From positions 1 through 35,155 of the IMG/VR virus record IMGVR_UViG_3300011339_000762: a DNA stretch of 35,155 bases; one strand, 5' to 3'. Source of the DNA: a virus. Taxonomy: Duplodnaviria; Caudoviricetes. The position numbers and the translations under genes are program-made. Positions 7,751 to 17,088 of the stretch are shown in pieces. The notes under the pieces were generated by a model. The model was given only the letters and a program-made list of their open reading frames with translations. It did no database searches and had not been told where the DNA came from. Each line of letters starts with the position of its first letter. Position 1 is the stretch's first letter.

Positions 7751-8290
7751 ATGGCAATTACTTCAGGTTTAACTACTAATTGCGCAAAATCTTGTGCAGG
7801 TGGTGTTAAAAGACTTTGGATAGCAAATTTCGAAGACGTAGATTCTATCACTTTTGATGGTACTGAGCAAATCACAGGCATTACTATGGTTGCTACAAAG
7901 GTATTCTACGAAATAGAATTAAAGCGTAACAGCAAATCATTCACAGAGCAGTTCAATGTTTCTGATGATGGTTGTAACAACTCACTCACACAAACATTCA
8001 GCGGTAACGGTCAATGCCGTGACCAGGATACAAGAAACTTCTTGGTATCTGCTGCAAAACAATCTTGCTGCGGTATCATCGTTGCTCACGAAGAAAACAA
8101 CGGACAAGTAGTAGTTTGGGGATTCTTCTCTGATCTCAATGCTCGTCTTGGTGCAGGTACTCAAATCACTACTGGTACTAACTTGACTGACCCATCTCAA
8201 ATCACTTTGGAGCTTATCTGTGATACAATCGTAGATGGTGCTGCTACTGTGTTCACTCCTGGTGCTGCTGGTATCATCGCACTTACTTAG
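7751..8290 (+). CDS. Major tail tube protein (putative)
   Basis: 179 aa, C...GGVKRLWIANF and IIVAHEENNG..VWG pattern; own terminator. Confidence 0.72.
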   Translation: MAITSGLTTNCAKSCAGGVKRLWIANFEDVDSITFDGTEQITGITMVATKVFYEIELKRNSKSFTEQFNVSDDGCNNSLTQTFSGNGQCRDQDTRNFLVSAAKQSCCGIIVAHEENNGQVVVWGFFSDLNARLGAGTQITTGTNLTDPSQITLELICDTIVDGAATVFTPGAAGIIALT

Positions 8291-8341
8291 TCTTAGCGTT
8301 TTTCATACGGTTTTTGGTTAAATTAGGAGGTATCCAAATCT

Positions 8342-8367
8342 AAGGCGGTGTAAAAGCCGCCTTTTTT
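8342..8367 (+). terminator. Intrinsic terminator after tail tube gene
   Basis: AAGGCGG-N8-CCGCCTT followed by T run. Confidence 0.85.
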
Positions 8368-8380
8368 AAAATGTTAAGCT

Positions 8381-8626
8381 ATGATAAAAGTTAAAGACTA
8401 TTGCAAAGACTATAATGTACCATTCAAGGGTAAAACTCTTGGTACATTGGAAGGTGATGACCTTAAAAAATACATCAAAGCATACCTGGACAGCAAATAT
8501 CCTGAACAGCTTCTTAAATATTTTGAAAATACAATGCAGGAATTAAAGGATTTTACCTTAGATTTACCTGCTAAGAAAATCAAAAAACCAAAATCAGAAG
8601 CTGAACAGACAGAAAGCGAAGAGTAA
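8381..8626 (+). CDS. Hypothetical protein
   Basis: TAATG-coupled to the portal gene. Confidence 0.75.
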   Translation: MIKVKDYCKDYNVPFKGKTLGTLEGDDLKKYIKAYLDSKYPEQLLKYFENTMQELKDFTLDLPAKKIKKPKSEAEQTESEE

Positions 8627-10131
8627 TGAGTAAGAAAAACAAGCCAAGTAATTTATTTAGTATGCAAATAGGACAGCCTGCGGATCAGATTGTGCTGCCT
8701 AAAGACTTGTACTACGAAAATTCAGACCCGACAAGAGCGTTGTTTGGCCTGTTTGACTATCTTCCATTTGTCCGTGAGGGTGAACTGGAGCAGATTATTG
8801 CTCTGATTAATAATTCTCCAACAGCTAAGTCAATCTGTAATAAGGTTGCCTATTTTACTGTTGGTGAAGGCTTCTATATTCGAAAGGAAAAATCAGTCCT
8901 CGGTGAAAAATCAGCACAGATTCTAACACCAGAACAGAAATCAAAACTTTGGGCAATCCTAAGCAGGCAGAATAGTGATGGTGAAACGATATTGGATGTG
9001 TGTAAGAAAGCTGCGTTTGATTATACTGCAATTGGTAATGCCTTCACTCAGCTCGATGTGGTACAGGGTTTTGTTTTCGCTTCACATCAGAATATTAACT
9101 TTGTTCGACCATTCCGCAGCACCGACCTTAAAACCCGTTTTTTTGGCGTATCTGCCGATTGGGCCATACTACCTTATGCAGGAAGAAGCAGAGGATATGA
9201 GAAATTTGAATTGAGTAGTGTTCCTGCAACAGTAAAAGATATTGCAGCATATCCAAGATGGACCGATGAACTTGACAGCTTACTTGAGTCAGAATATGGT
9301 CAAGGTGCTAATCTGGCAGAGTTGTACGGCTATGACAAGTCTTCAATGTTGCAGCTCAAGCAATATAGTCCGCTGATGTATCAATGGGGTGTACCAAACT
9401 GGATTGGTGCGAAACACTTTGTAGAACTTGAATACCGTATTGCTAAGTTTAACGTATCAAAATTCCGTAACGGTCTGACAACATCAGGACTTTTGCAACT
9501 CTTTGGTGACCTTACTCCTGAACAGCAGAAAGATTACCAGGAAGCCTTTATGCAGAAGATGACCGATACAGGCAATGACTTTAAAGTAATCTTCCAAATC
9601 CTTGAAAATCCTGACTTGAAAGCTAACTGGGTACCATTTGAGCAGTCTTATAGTGGTTACTTTATGGAGCTTTCCAATATTGCCAAGGACAGAATCGCAA
9701 CTGGCTTTGAAATTCCACTAAGTTTAGTGCAGGCAACACCAGGACAGCTTGGTAATAACCAACAAATCCGTGCTGAGTTCGAAATCTTGTATAGAACAAA
9801 GATTTATGATATGCAGCAAGCCATCCTCAGAGGCATTGTGAAGCCATATTTGGATACGGTTGCAGAAACGGAAGGGATTGAGTTTTTAAAGGGCGTAGAA
9901 CTTGATTTTATTAACATCGTACCGGTATCGTTTGCAGGTGACCTGGAAGTGAATATGTTGCTCACCAAAACTGAAGGAAGAGAAATCCTTGGTTATGGCC
10001 CGACATTGGAACCTGCTATCAAAGAAGAGCAGATACAGACCGAAGCAGAAGCAGAAGTACAAGCCGAAGAGCAACAGCCACAAAACATTTTAGCTAAAAT
10101 CAAAAACTTATTAGGATGGCGCAATTCATAA
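8626..10131 (+). CDS. Portal protein
   Basis: 501 aa; NSPTA, DYTAIGNAF, WGVPNW, FRNGLTTSG, IATGFEIP..L portal-type motifs. Confidence 0.85.
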   Translation: MSKKNKPSNLFSMQIGQPADQIVLPKDLYYENSDPTRALFGLFDYLPFVREGELEQIIALINNSPTAKSICNKVAYFTVGEGFYIRKEKSVLGEKSAQILTPEQKSKLWAILSRQNSDGETILDVCKKAAFDYTAIGNAFTQLDVVQGFVFASHQNINFVRPFRSTDLKTRFFGVSADWAILPYAGRSRGYEKFELSSVPATVKDIAAYPRWTDELDSLLESEYGQGANLAELYGYDKSSMLQLKQYSPLMYQWGVPNWIGAKHFVELEYRIAKFNVSKFRNGLTTSGLLQLFGDLTPEQQKDYQEAFMQKMTDTGNDFKVIFQILENPDLKANWVPFEQSYSGYFMELSNIAKDRIATGFEIPLSLVQATPGQLGNNQQIRAEFEILYRTKIYDMQQAILRGIVKPYLDTVAETEGIEFLKGVELDFINIVPVSFAGDLEVNMLLTKTEGREILGYGPTLEPAIKEEQIQTEAEAEVQAEEQQPQNILAKIKNLLGWRNS

Positions 10132-10682
10132 AACCATTGGAAGTTGTTCGTGGTGGTTATATTCGCATCACTCCGACAGATACACAGTTCGACCCTAACT
10201 TACTTGCACCATTCGTGGACAATGCAGAACGCAGATATGTTCGCAATCTTATTGGTGCAGCGTTCTTCAACCAACTGAAAGCAAACAGAACAGTAAATAT
10301 TATCAACTACAATCCTGTATTTGGTGCAATTGAACCTGCATTCACAGACACAGACCTTGAAAATCTGTTCCTGAATGGTAAGCTCTTCGACTTGCTTGGT
10401 TTTGCAGTCCTGGAAGAATCTTTGAGTTTTGCGCATTTCAAAATTACATCGGCAGGTGTCCAGGTTACACAGGCAAATTTTGCCACAGCTGCAACAGGAA
10501 ATGATATGCGTTACTTGAAAGATACAATAAAAGACAAGATACAATTTTTGCAACAAGAAGTTATTACGTATCTTTGCGACAACAGCGCATTATATGTACC
10601 ATTCGACTTTGTTCCAGAAGGTAAATGCCCGAGCTGCAAACCTAAAAACAAAAACATTTCAACATTTCCAATAATCTACTAA
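10116..10682 (+). CDS. Head-tail adaptor/connector (putative)
   Basis: Follows portal; helical, LAPFVDNAERRYVRNLIG...FF..L pattern. Confidence 0.6.
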   Translation: MAQFIKPLEVVRGGYIRITPTDTQFDPNLLAPFVDNAERRYVRNLIGAAFFNQLKANRTVNIINYNPVFGAIEPAFTDTDLENLFLNGKLFDLLGFAVLEESLSFAHFKITSAGVQVTQANFATAATGNDMRYLKDTIKDKIQFLQQEVITYLCDNSALYVPFDFVPEGKCPSCKPKNKNISTFPIIY

Positions 10683-10686
10683 TAAA

Positions 10687-12423
10687 ATGATGAAGCAATT
10701 CGCAGAAATAAAAATTTATGAACTCGGTGGCGGTGTAGCTTTCGAGGAAGTAAGTGAATCAGTTCCTTTCCTGGTATTGCCAAAAGGACAGTCAACAATT
10801 AAATCTTGGGGTGCATCAGGTTTCTTATTCGAAAATATTGTGACAGGAGATGTTATTGCCTTCGTTGCAGAATACGATGATGTCTTAGATAGCACAGGAA
10901 CACCATACGGAGTTGACCAGTTAGCAGTTTTTGCTGCGCTTGGCGGTTTTTTTTTTGATTTAGGAGGCGGATCTCAAGACCTTGCAAGTGTTTTAAGTAA
11001 TGGCAATACAACTGGACCTGAAGACATAATTTTTGACGAGTTTTTTGGCTTGGCTTTTGACAATAACTCTCGATTAAGAGAGGGCACGGTCGACGCTGGT
11101 CTTGGCGGTGCAAAAGGTATTGCTCAGATATGTGCTGTTGGCTACGAGTTGAAGTGGGAAGCAGGTCGCTTATATGTTATGGGCAGCTCAGGAAATACAA
11201 TCCGCTGGTCATTGTACAATTTTAATGTCACTCCTGCGGTAACAGATGACAATACAAAAGGATATGCAGTTGGCAGTCTTTGGAGCTTAGATAGTGGAGC
11301 GGTTTATCTTTGTTCAGATGCTTCAACAGGAGCAGCTGTTTGGACTTTACAATCGAATGCAGTACCAACTTTGTCTCAGGTTTTAGCCTCAGGAAAATCA
11401 GCAGGCAATTCTGAAATAACCGACTTAGATAAACTTGATTTTAATACAGCACCAGCAGGAACAGCAGGCGAAGGGCAAATGGTTTGGAATGATACCTTAG
11501 GCACTTTAAACTTAGGTCTTAAAGGTGGCAACACTATTTCTAATTTAGGGCAGCATCTTCATGCAAGGGTAGTTAATAAAGTTACTCCAAATCAAACGCT
11601 AACAAAAGCAGGGTATAAAGCTGTAAAAGTATCGGGCGCACAAGGTCAAAGGCTTGCAGTTGCATTTGCACAAGGAAACAACGATGCAAATAGTGCAGAT
11701 ACAATTGGTTTGGTATGCGAAACAATAGCCACAAATCAGGAAGGTTTTATTGTTTGCGTAGGTCAACTTGAAGGCATCAATACAACTGGTTCACTACAAG
11801 GCGAAACTTGGGCTGATGGTGATGTTCTTTACCTCAGTCCGACCACAGCAGGTGCAATAACCAATATCAAACCAACTGGAGCAGGACACATTGTTATTAT
11901 CGGATATGTTGAATATAGTCACGCTATAAATGGCAAAATTTATGTCAAGGTAATGAATGGGTGGGAGTTAGATGAGTTGCACGATGTATCAATAAATTCG
12001 CTTACGCTGGCAAATAAAGATATTTTGCAGTATAACTCAAGTACAGCGTTATGGGAGAATAAAAAACAACCTATCGAAATTCAGTTAGCTGCATCGGACG
12101 AAACAACAGCATTAACAACAGGAACAGCAAAGGTTACATTTAGGCTGCCAGTTGCATTTACTTTGACAGCTGTTCGTGCTTCGCTTACAACAGCACAAGC
12201 AAGCGGTTCAATTTTTACGGTTGACATCAATCAAGGCGGTTCATCTGTTTTAGGTACTAAGCTAACGATTGACAATACAGAAAAAACAAGTACAACAGCT
12301 GCAACGGCTGCAACTATTACGACATCAGCACTAACGGACGATGCAGAAATAACAATCGACATAGACCAAATCGGGAACGGTACTGCAACAGGTCTTAAAA
12401 TAACACTAATCGGAACAAGATGA
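10687..12423 (+). CDS. Tail fibre / receptor-binding structural protein (mosaic)
   Basis: G/T/A-rich modules; repeated linker L.SVL..G...G (QDLASVLSNGNTTG, PTLSQVLASGKSAG). Confidence 0.7.
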   Translation: MMKQFAEIKIYELGGGVAFEEVSESVPFLVLPKGQSTIKSWGASGFLFENIVTGDVIAFVAEYDDVLDSTGTPYGVDQLAVFAALGGFFFDLGGGSQDLASVLSNGNTTGPEDIIFDEFFGLAFDNNSRLREGTVDAGLGGAKGIAQICAVGYELKWEAGRLYVMGSSGNTIRWSLYNFNVTPAVTDDNTKGYAVGSLWSLDSGAVYLCSDASTGAAVWTLQSNAVPTLSQVLASGKSAGNSEITDLDKLDFNTAPAGTAGEGQMVWNDTLGTLNLGLKGGNTISNLGQHLHARVVNKVTPNQTLTKAGYKAVKVSGAQGQRLAVAFAQGNNDANSADTIGLVCETIATNQEGFIVCVGQLEGINTTGSLQGETWADGDVLYLSPTTAGAITNIKPTGAGHIVIIGYVEYSHAINGKIYVKVMNGWELDELHDVSINSLTLANKDILQYNSSTALWENKKQPIEIQLAASDETTALTTGTAKVTFRLPVAFTLTAVRASLTTAQASGSIFTVDINQGGSSVLGTKLTIDNTEKTSTTAATAATITTSALTDDAEITIDIDQIGNGTATGLKITLIGTR

Positions 12424-13214
12424 TAATAAATCCATACGCTTTCGGGCAAAGTTATGACCCCGATGCACAAGCATTTTTTACAGCAAGTGGTTTAACAGGT
12501 GCGACAAATCTAACAGCCATTAACAATTTAGTTGTGGCGTTGAAAGGCTTTGGCATTTGGACAAAGATGAAAGCTATTTATCCAATGATTGGTGGAACAG
12601 CTGCATTGCATAAATGGAATTTAAAAGACCCACAAGGTACTAATGCAGCGTTTAGATTGGTGTTTAGTGGTGGATGGACTCATAGCAGTACAGGAGCCAA
12701 GCCAAATGGAGTTAATGGTTATGCAGATACATTTTTAACACCAAGTACAAGCTTATTACAGAACAGTACTCACATTTCATATTACAGTAGAACGCAAAGC
12801 AATAACACAGAAGTTGAAATTGGTTCTTCAACTGGATTAAATGCAACAGATAACAAAGCTTTATTAGAAATTAGAACAAGCGGAGTTACTTATTATAATA
12901 TAAATGGTCAAAGTACATACATTACTTATTCTGATGTAGATAGTAGAGCTTTTTATATTGGAAATCGTACTGCATCAAATGTAGTAAATGGTTGGAGAAA
13001 TAGTACAAAAGTTGCAACAGGAACAACTGCAAGTACTGGATTAAGTACAAGAACTTTTTATTTGGGAGCTTTTGGTTCACAAGCCGCAGGACAATTTTTT
13101 TCTACAAAAGAGTGCGCTTTTTCTTCTATTGGTGACGGATTAACAGATACCGAAGCCGCTAATTTTTACACAGCAGTTCAAAATTATAACACCACGTTAA
13201 GCCGCCAAGTATGA
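12420..13214 (+). CDS. Tail-fibre-associated beta-sandwich (LamG/ConA-like) protein
   Basis: ATGA-coupled; T/S/G-rich, C-terminal GLTDTEAANFY pattern. Confidence 0.55.
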   Translation: MIINPYAFGQSYDPDAQAFFTASGLTGATNLTAINNLVVALKGFGIWTKMKAIYPMIGGTAALHKWNLKDPQGTNAAFRLVFSGGWTHSSTGAKPNGVNGYADTFLTPSTSLLQNSTHISYYSRTQSNNTEVEIGSSTGLNATDNKALLEIRTSGVTYYNINGQSTYITYSDVDSRAFYIGNRTASNVVNGWRNSTKVATGTTASTGLSTRTFYLGAFGSQAAGQFFSTKECAFSSIGDGLTDTEAANFYTAVQNYNTTLSRQV

Positions 13215-13432
13215 CACAAGTAGAACTTTTAACAGAATCACAAAAAGACTTATTAGTTGGTCAATTATACGACGAGGATAGCTATTTTAACCCTATTCAG
13301 GATATAAATGATAATTGGATTATCAGCACCGAAGAAATGGAATTTTGCGTCAATCCTGAGTTTATGTGGGTAAAAGACCTTCCGCTTATCGACTATAAAC
13401 CGAAACCTTCACCACCATTCCCTCCATTGTAA
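13211..13432 (+). CDS. Small fibre-associated protein
   Basis: ATGA-coupled; paralogous to the N-terminus of the next gene. Confidence 0.75.
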   Translation: MTQVELLTESQKDLLVGQLYDEDSYFNPIQDINDNWIISTEEMEFCVNPEFMWVKDLPLIDYKPKPSPPFPPL

Positions 13433-13953
13433 TGCGCAAGACTAAGGTCGGACTTTTATCGGAGGAGGAGAAGGAAGCGCTCGAGGGGCAACGATACGCA
13501 AAGGGGAAGTATTTTACGCCAGTACAAGATGAGGACGGATTTTGGGTACTACCTTTGGACCAGATCAGAAAAAATAAAAATATTGACTTTTGGTGGGTTT
13601 TATACCTGCCGCAAATAGATTATAAACCTAAAAAAATGGACAAATCAGTCATTCCAGATTTTATGGCTCTTTCGGGGCTCTTTTTATTCACCGGTGCGGA
13701 GGTATCTGTCGAGGGCGCAATATTTGAGATTATATCCAAATTTGGCGTGGTTGCCGTGCTTTGGTTCTGGCTCAAAGAAATGAAGGAGCAAATGAAAGAC
13801 CAGGTGAAAGGATTCAATGAAGAAACCGAGAAACTGCGCAATGAACATAAAAATACGATGCATGAGATTAGTGAGATTCACAAAGAGCACAAAGAATCCT
13901 TGACTGAACAGCTGAAAGCAAAAGATGATATCATCAAACAGCTGCAAAAATAA
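13432..13953 (+). CDS. Fusion: paralog of 13211..13432 plus holin-like membrane domain (internal ATG 13636)
   Basis: First 68 aa align by eye with the previous gene; then hydrophobic segments and a charged coiled-coil tail. Confidence 0.6.
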   Translation: MRKTKVGLLSEEEKEALEGQRYAKGKYFTPVQDEDGFWVLPLDQIRKNKNIDFWWVLYLPQIDYKPKKMDKSVIPDFMALSGLFLFTGAEVSVEGAIFEIISKFGVVAVLWFWLKEMKEQMKDQVKGFNEETEKLRNEHKNTMHEISEIHKEHKESLTEQLKAKDDIIKQLQK

Positions 13954-13984
13954 AAACAGCTGCACGGTATTTCCGAACAGCTGC
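13952..13984 (-). terminator. Intrinsic terminator after ssb (convergent junction)
   Basis: Minus strand GCAGCTG...CAGCTGT then TTTT. Confidence 0.7.
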
Positions 13985-14008
13985 CAACTTTCAATAATCA
14001 CTATAAAA

Positions 14009-14503
14009 CTAAAACGGTAATTCTGCCTCATCAGCATCACCTGGTACCTCAGCTCTGAGTTGTGCCAGTTGCTCTGTTGTTAGATTGAACTTATCTTGTA
14101 TCTGTGCCATTGTCAGCTCACCTTTTTTAACTTTTATCTTCATCGCCACCATTTGTCCGTTGGTGGGTTCAGGCAGCGTTGGTGTAGGTTCGGACTGCTC
14201 AGTCTGTTTTTCTCCTTTAGAATTGATTTTACGAGCATAAGAAGCAATAATATCGGTGTAGTACTTCCCTTCATGCTCACGATATTCGACTTTTCCTTCT
14301 AAATACACCACATCACCTTTGTCAGCCTTAAACTCTTTGAACAATGTGCAGCGATGCCATTGGGTTTTCTCCTGCCATTCTCCGCTCTTATCCTTGTAGC
14401 TTTCTGATGTAGCCACAGAAAGATTGGTGAGCTTATCACCAGACTTTGTGTCTTTGATTTCTATTTGACCGATGCGCCCGATCAGCGTTAATTTGTTTAC
14501 CAT
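14009..14503 (-). CDS. ssb: Single-stranded DNA-binding protein
   Basis: MVNKLTLIGRIG, SVATSESYKDKSGEWQEKTQWHRC, KGDVVYLEGK, acidic tail ending ELPF; start 14503. Confidence 0.95.
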   Translation of the reverse strand: MVNKLTLIGRIGQIEIKDTKSGDKLTNLSVATSESYKDKSGEWQEKTQWHRCTLFKEFKADKGDVVYLEGKVEYREHEGKYYTDIIASYARKINSKGEKQTEQSEPTPTLPEPTNGQMVAMKIKVKKGELTMAQIQDKFNLTTEQLAQLRAEVPGDADEAELPF

Positions 14504-14504
14504 T

Positions 14505-14633
14505 TCAATCGTTTTTTGGTTCGTGATATTTATATTTGTTTCTTCTTTTCGGTGGTATGTAACCAACTTTCTCTGTCAACAGCAACAGGCCGAGACCTGT
14601 GCTGAGACAAAATATTGCAATTGCTAAAACCAT
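14505..14633 (-). CDS. Small membrane protein (42 aa), not in ORF track
   Basis: MVLAIAIFCLSTGLGLLLLTEKVGYIPPKRRNK...; fills the gap exactly. Confidence 0.65.
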   Translation of the reverse strand: MVLAIAIFCLSTGLGLLLLTEKVGYIPPKRRNKYKYHEPKND

Positions 14634-14941
14634 ATTGACTCCTCCGTATCGTTTTCATAAGCTTCAGATAGTTCCTCGCAGAAATATCGGTCAAGTTCTT
14701 TTGCAGACTTCTCAAAAATGATAGCTGCCTGGTCAATGGTGACACTTTTATTGTAGTCTTCGATGTAGATGTCAGTCAGTTCAAAATATCCTCCTAAATC
14801 GGGTTCTAATTGACAGCCATAAGAATCTCTGCTGCCCATTTCAGGTTCAACATAGTAACCTGAGATTTGAACGTAAACTTCGTTTGTCGGAAAGTTGTCG
14901 CACTCCATAAAGAGTCCTGTGGTGAAAATTGCGTTTGTCAT
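14624..14941 (-). CDS. Acidic hypothetical protein
   Basis: ATG with AACTACCA box and upstream promoter. Confidence 0.8.
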   Translation of the reverse strand: MTNAIFTTGLFMECDNFPTNEVYVQISGYYVEPEMGSRDSYGCQLEPDLGGYFELTDIYIEDYNKSVTIDQAAIIFEKSAKELDRYFCEELSEAYENDTEESIWF

Positions 14942-14974
14942 AACTTGGTAGTTTTAAATGATTAAATAATAGCA

Positions 14975-14997
14975 CAAAGATAATATTATTTTATTAC
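14975..14997 (-). promoter_or_regulatory. Promoter -7 box TATCTTTG overlapped by operator variant
   Basis: CAAAGATA at 14975-14982; ATAATATTATTTTATTAC at 14980-14997. Confidence 0.72.
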
Positions 14998-15007
14998 ATT
15001 GTATCTT

Positions 15008-16726
15008 TTACAGAATATTTTTTAAATTTATTTGCACACATCTTCCAATTAACCCTGAACTGAATCGGGTAGTGTTCCGTTTTGCTGCTCCTGGATGCCT
15101 TGTTAAGACCGTTCCGTAACTGACTGCCCAAGGTGTGCGACTGAGAACCTGCTTAACAAATACTGAGGTGTTCAAAATAAGCAGATATTTTTCTTTCTGT
15201 TCCTCAACTACTCGCAAACCAAGCCTCTGAAGCCTTTCATCTGCTGCATCTTGCTTAATTTTTGCCTGTGGATTATATTCTGAAGCATATTCTACCAACT
15301 CACCAACAGTAACAGTACCAATGAAATCTCCTTCAATCCTTGTTTCGTGCTGTAAAATAGTCTGAAGGCATCTTTGCTCATCAGTTAGGTCTTCTTTGTC
15401 CTCAAGGATCCCTTTATAATGCAATATTATACCAACTTCATTCAATGCTGTTTCAGGTTCAACGACATCATCGTTCCAGGTATGCCACCATCCACCAAGC
15501 AATGCTCCGTATTGGTCACCAAGAGCACGATCACCGACAAGTCCCGACACAGCTTCCGTAAAAATGTAAATACTTTTTAGCATGTTCGGTAACAAATTCA
15601 CCATTCGTGCAATAAAGCGTAAGCCAAAGTCACCAGTAATGGTTTCCTTCTTACTTTTATTCAGTTCCTTAAACTTATCCTGGTTGCTGTGCTTTGCAAG
15701 TTCAAAGATTGTGAACCTTCTCTTGTCGCTGTCATTTACCAACTGCGGATTGATTGATACCATCAGGAAGCAACTGCGAACAAAATAGTCCGTTGCTTTT
15801 CCATCCTTGCCACCTTTCGGAATAGCAGGACTCTTCTCAGAACTTCCTGCCCTGGCAAGTGCAATAACTTCCTGCATCCTTCGAGCTGCATTCTCATCAT
15901 TGCCCTCCGATTCATCAATGGTAACTGGCATAGCATCAGAATTGAGCTTCTGCCTGATCGCTGCCTCCGTTGCTGCTGTTCCCTGAGCATTGATACAAAA
16001 GTCAGACAGTACAGGATGAATAATCTGTTCCAAAACATATGTCTTTCCATTTCCTCTTGGGCCAGTAATCCAGCAATGAGGTCTCCAGGATAGCGCACCA
16101 CAAACAGGAGCAATGGCTAACCATCCTGCAAGTAACTTACCATCAGCTTCAGTATTCCAGTTCAGTCTTGAAAGTAATCTTGTCAGTTTGGCACATTCAA
16201 ACTTATCCATCGGAGTTTCAATCGGGATGCGGATATTCTTTCTCATCTCATAGGTATAATCCGTATCAATACTGCCAAGGTTATACCTAATCTTCTCGCT
16301 GAGTAACTGCATACCGGTATGGAAGATGATTCTGTCGCTTTCCTTCCAGGCTCCTCGCCCTCTTATGCTCTGTAAATCGAAATATCCTACTGCATTACAC
16401 ATTGTAATCAGGTAGTCTGCAATAAATTCGCTCTTATCAAAACATTCGTTTTGCCAAAACTCTATCGGTGCGAGCTGAACAACATGCTGCTTGGTAAACT
16501 TCGATGTGCTGAATGCCAAAATTGCATTGCTCAGCTTCGAGTAAAAGTAGAATCTCTGAAATCTGCTTTCAGAATCCCATCCTAATGGTTTAAAATAACC
16601 ACCGACAAATCCTCTTTGGTCTGTTGTTGGTGTGTTGCCTGGTGCTGCTTGTGCTTTTGGTTTGCGCTTTGATTTTTTTGGTTCTTCCTGATCGGATTCC
16701 CAATTGATTGGTGGTAGTTTTTTCAT
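15008..16726 (-). CDS. P-loop replicative helicase/origin-binding ATPase of the primase-helicase type, with no recognisable primase domain
   Basis: Walker A GPRGNGKT, Walker B PVTIDESE, SIN...SDKRRF sensor/Arg finger; IRGRGAW motif. Confidence 0.8.
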   Translation of the reverse strand: MKKLPPINWESDQEEPKKSKRKPKAQAAPGNTPTTDQRGFVGGYFKPLGWDSESRFQRFYFYSKLSNAILAFSTSKFTKQHVVQLAPIEFWQNECFDKSEFIADYLITMCNAVGYFDLQSIRGRGAWKESDRIIFHTGMQLLSEKIRYNLGSIDTDYTYEMRKNIRIPIETPMDKFECAKLTRLLSRLNWNTEADGKLLAGWLAIAPVCGALSWRPHCWITGPRGNGKTYVLEQIIHPVLSDFCINAQGTAATEAAIRQKLNSDAMPVTIDESEGNDENAARRMQEVIALARAGSSEKSPAIPKGGKDGKATDYFVRSCFLMVSINPQLVNDSDKRRFTIFELAKHSNQDKFKELNKSKKETITGDFGLRFIARMVNLLPNMLKSIYIFTEAVSGLVGDRALGDQYGALLGGWWHTWNDDVVEPETALNEVGIILHYKGILEDKEDLTDEQRCLQTILQHETRIEGDFIGTVTVGELVEYASEYNPQAKIKQDAADERLQRLGLRVVEEQKEKYLLILNTSVFVKQVLSRTPWAVSYGTVLTRHPGAAKRNTTRFSSGLIGRCVQINLKNIL

Positions 16727-17088
16727 TGCTTAGATTTTAATCCGTATTTTTCCTCTTGATATTCCATAAACTCATTGGCTCTTTGGATGCTTTCTGCCCT
16801 GGCAGCTTCCTTCCCATACAAGCCTTGAACCTTTCTGATGCTCATATCACATCTCGTTTCAAGTTTAAGGGTGTGCAAGGTAGGAGAAACAGTTGGAACT
16901 TCCAAAAAAATTGTCTCAGATTCTGTATTTTTTAGTTCTTCAATAAGTTCATTCAATACTGATAGCTGTCTTTCTTTCTTCTCACGATAGGCTTTTTTGG
17001 TAACTTCATCTTTTAAGAATCCATCCATATATTTTGCCTCGCTGATTAGCTCCTGAATGACTTTTTGTGCTTGCTCGATGCTGTTCAT
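16723..17088 (-). CDS. Hypothetical protein
   Basis: ATGA-type coupling at the 5' end, overlap with helicase start at the 3' end. Confidence 0.75.
   Translation of the reverse strand: MNSIEQAQKVIQELISEAKYMDGFLKDEVTKKAYREKKERQLSVLNELIEELKNTESETIFLEVPTVSPTLHTLKLETRCDMSIRKVQGLYGKEAARAESIQRANEFMEYQEEKYGLKSKQ

Noticed and set aside
10687-13214. Diversity-generating retroelement or invertible fibre cassette
   Set aside because: No reverse transcriptase or invertase, and no template/variable repeat pair seen.
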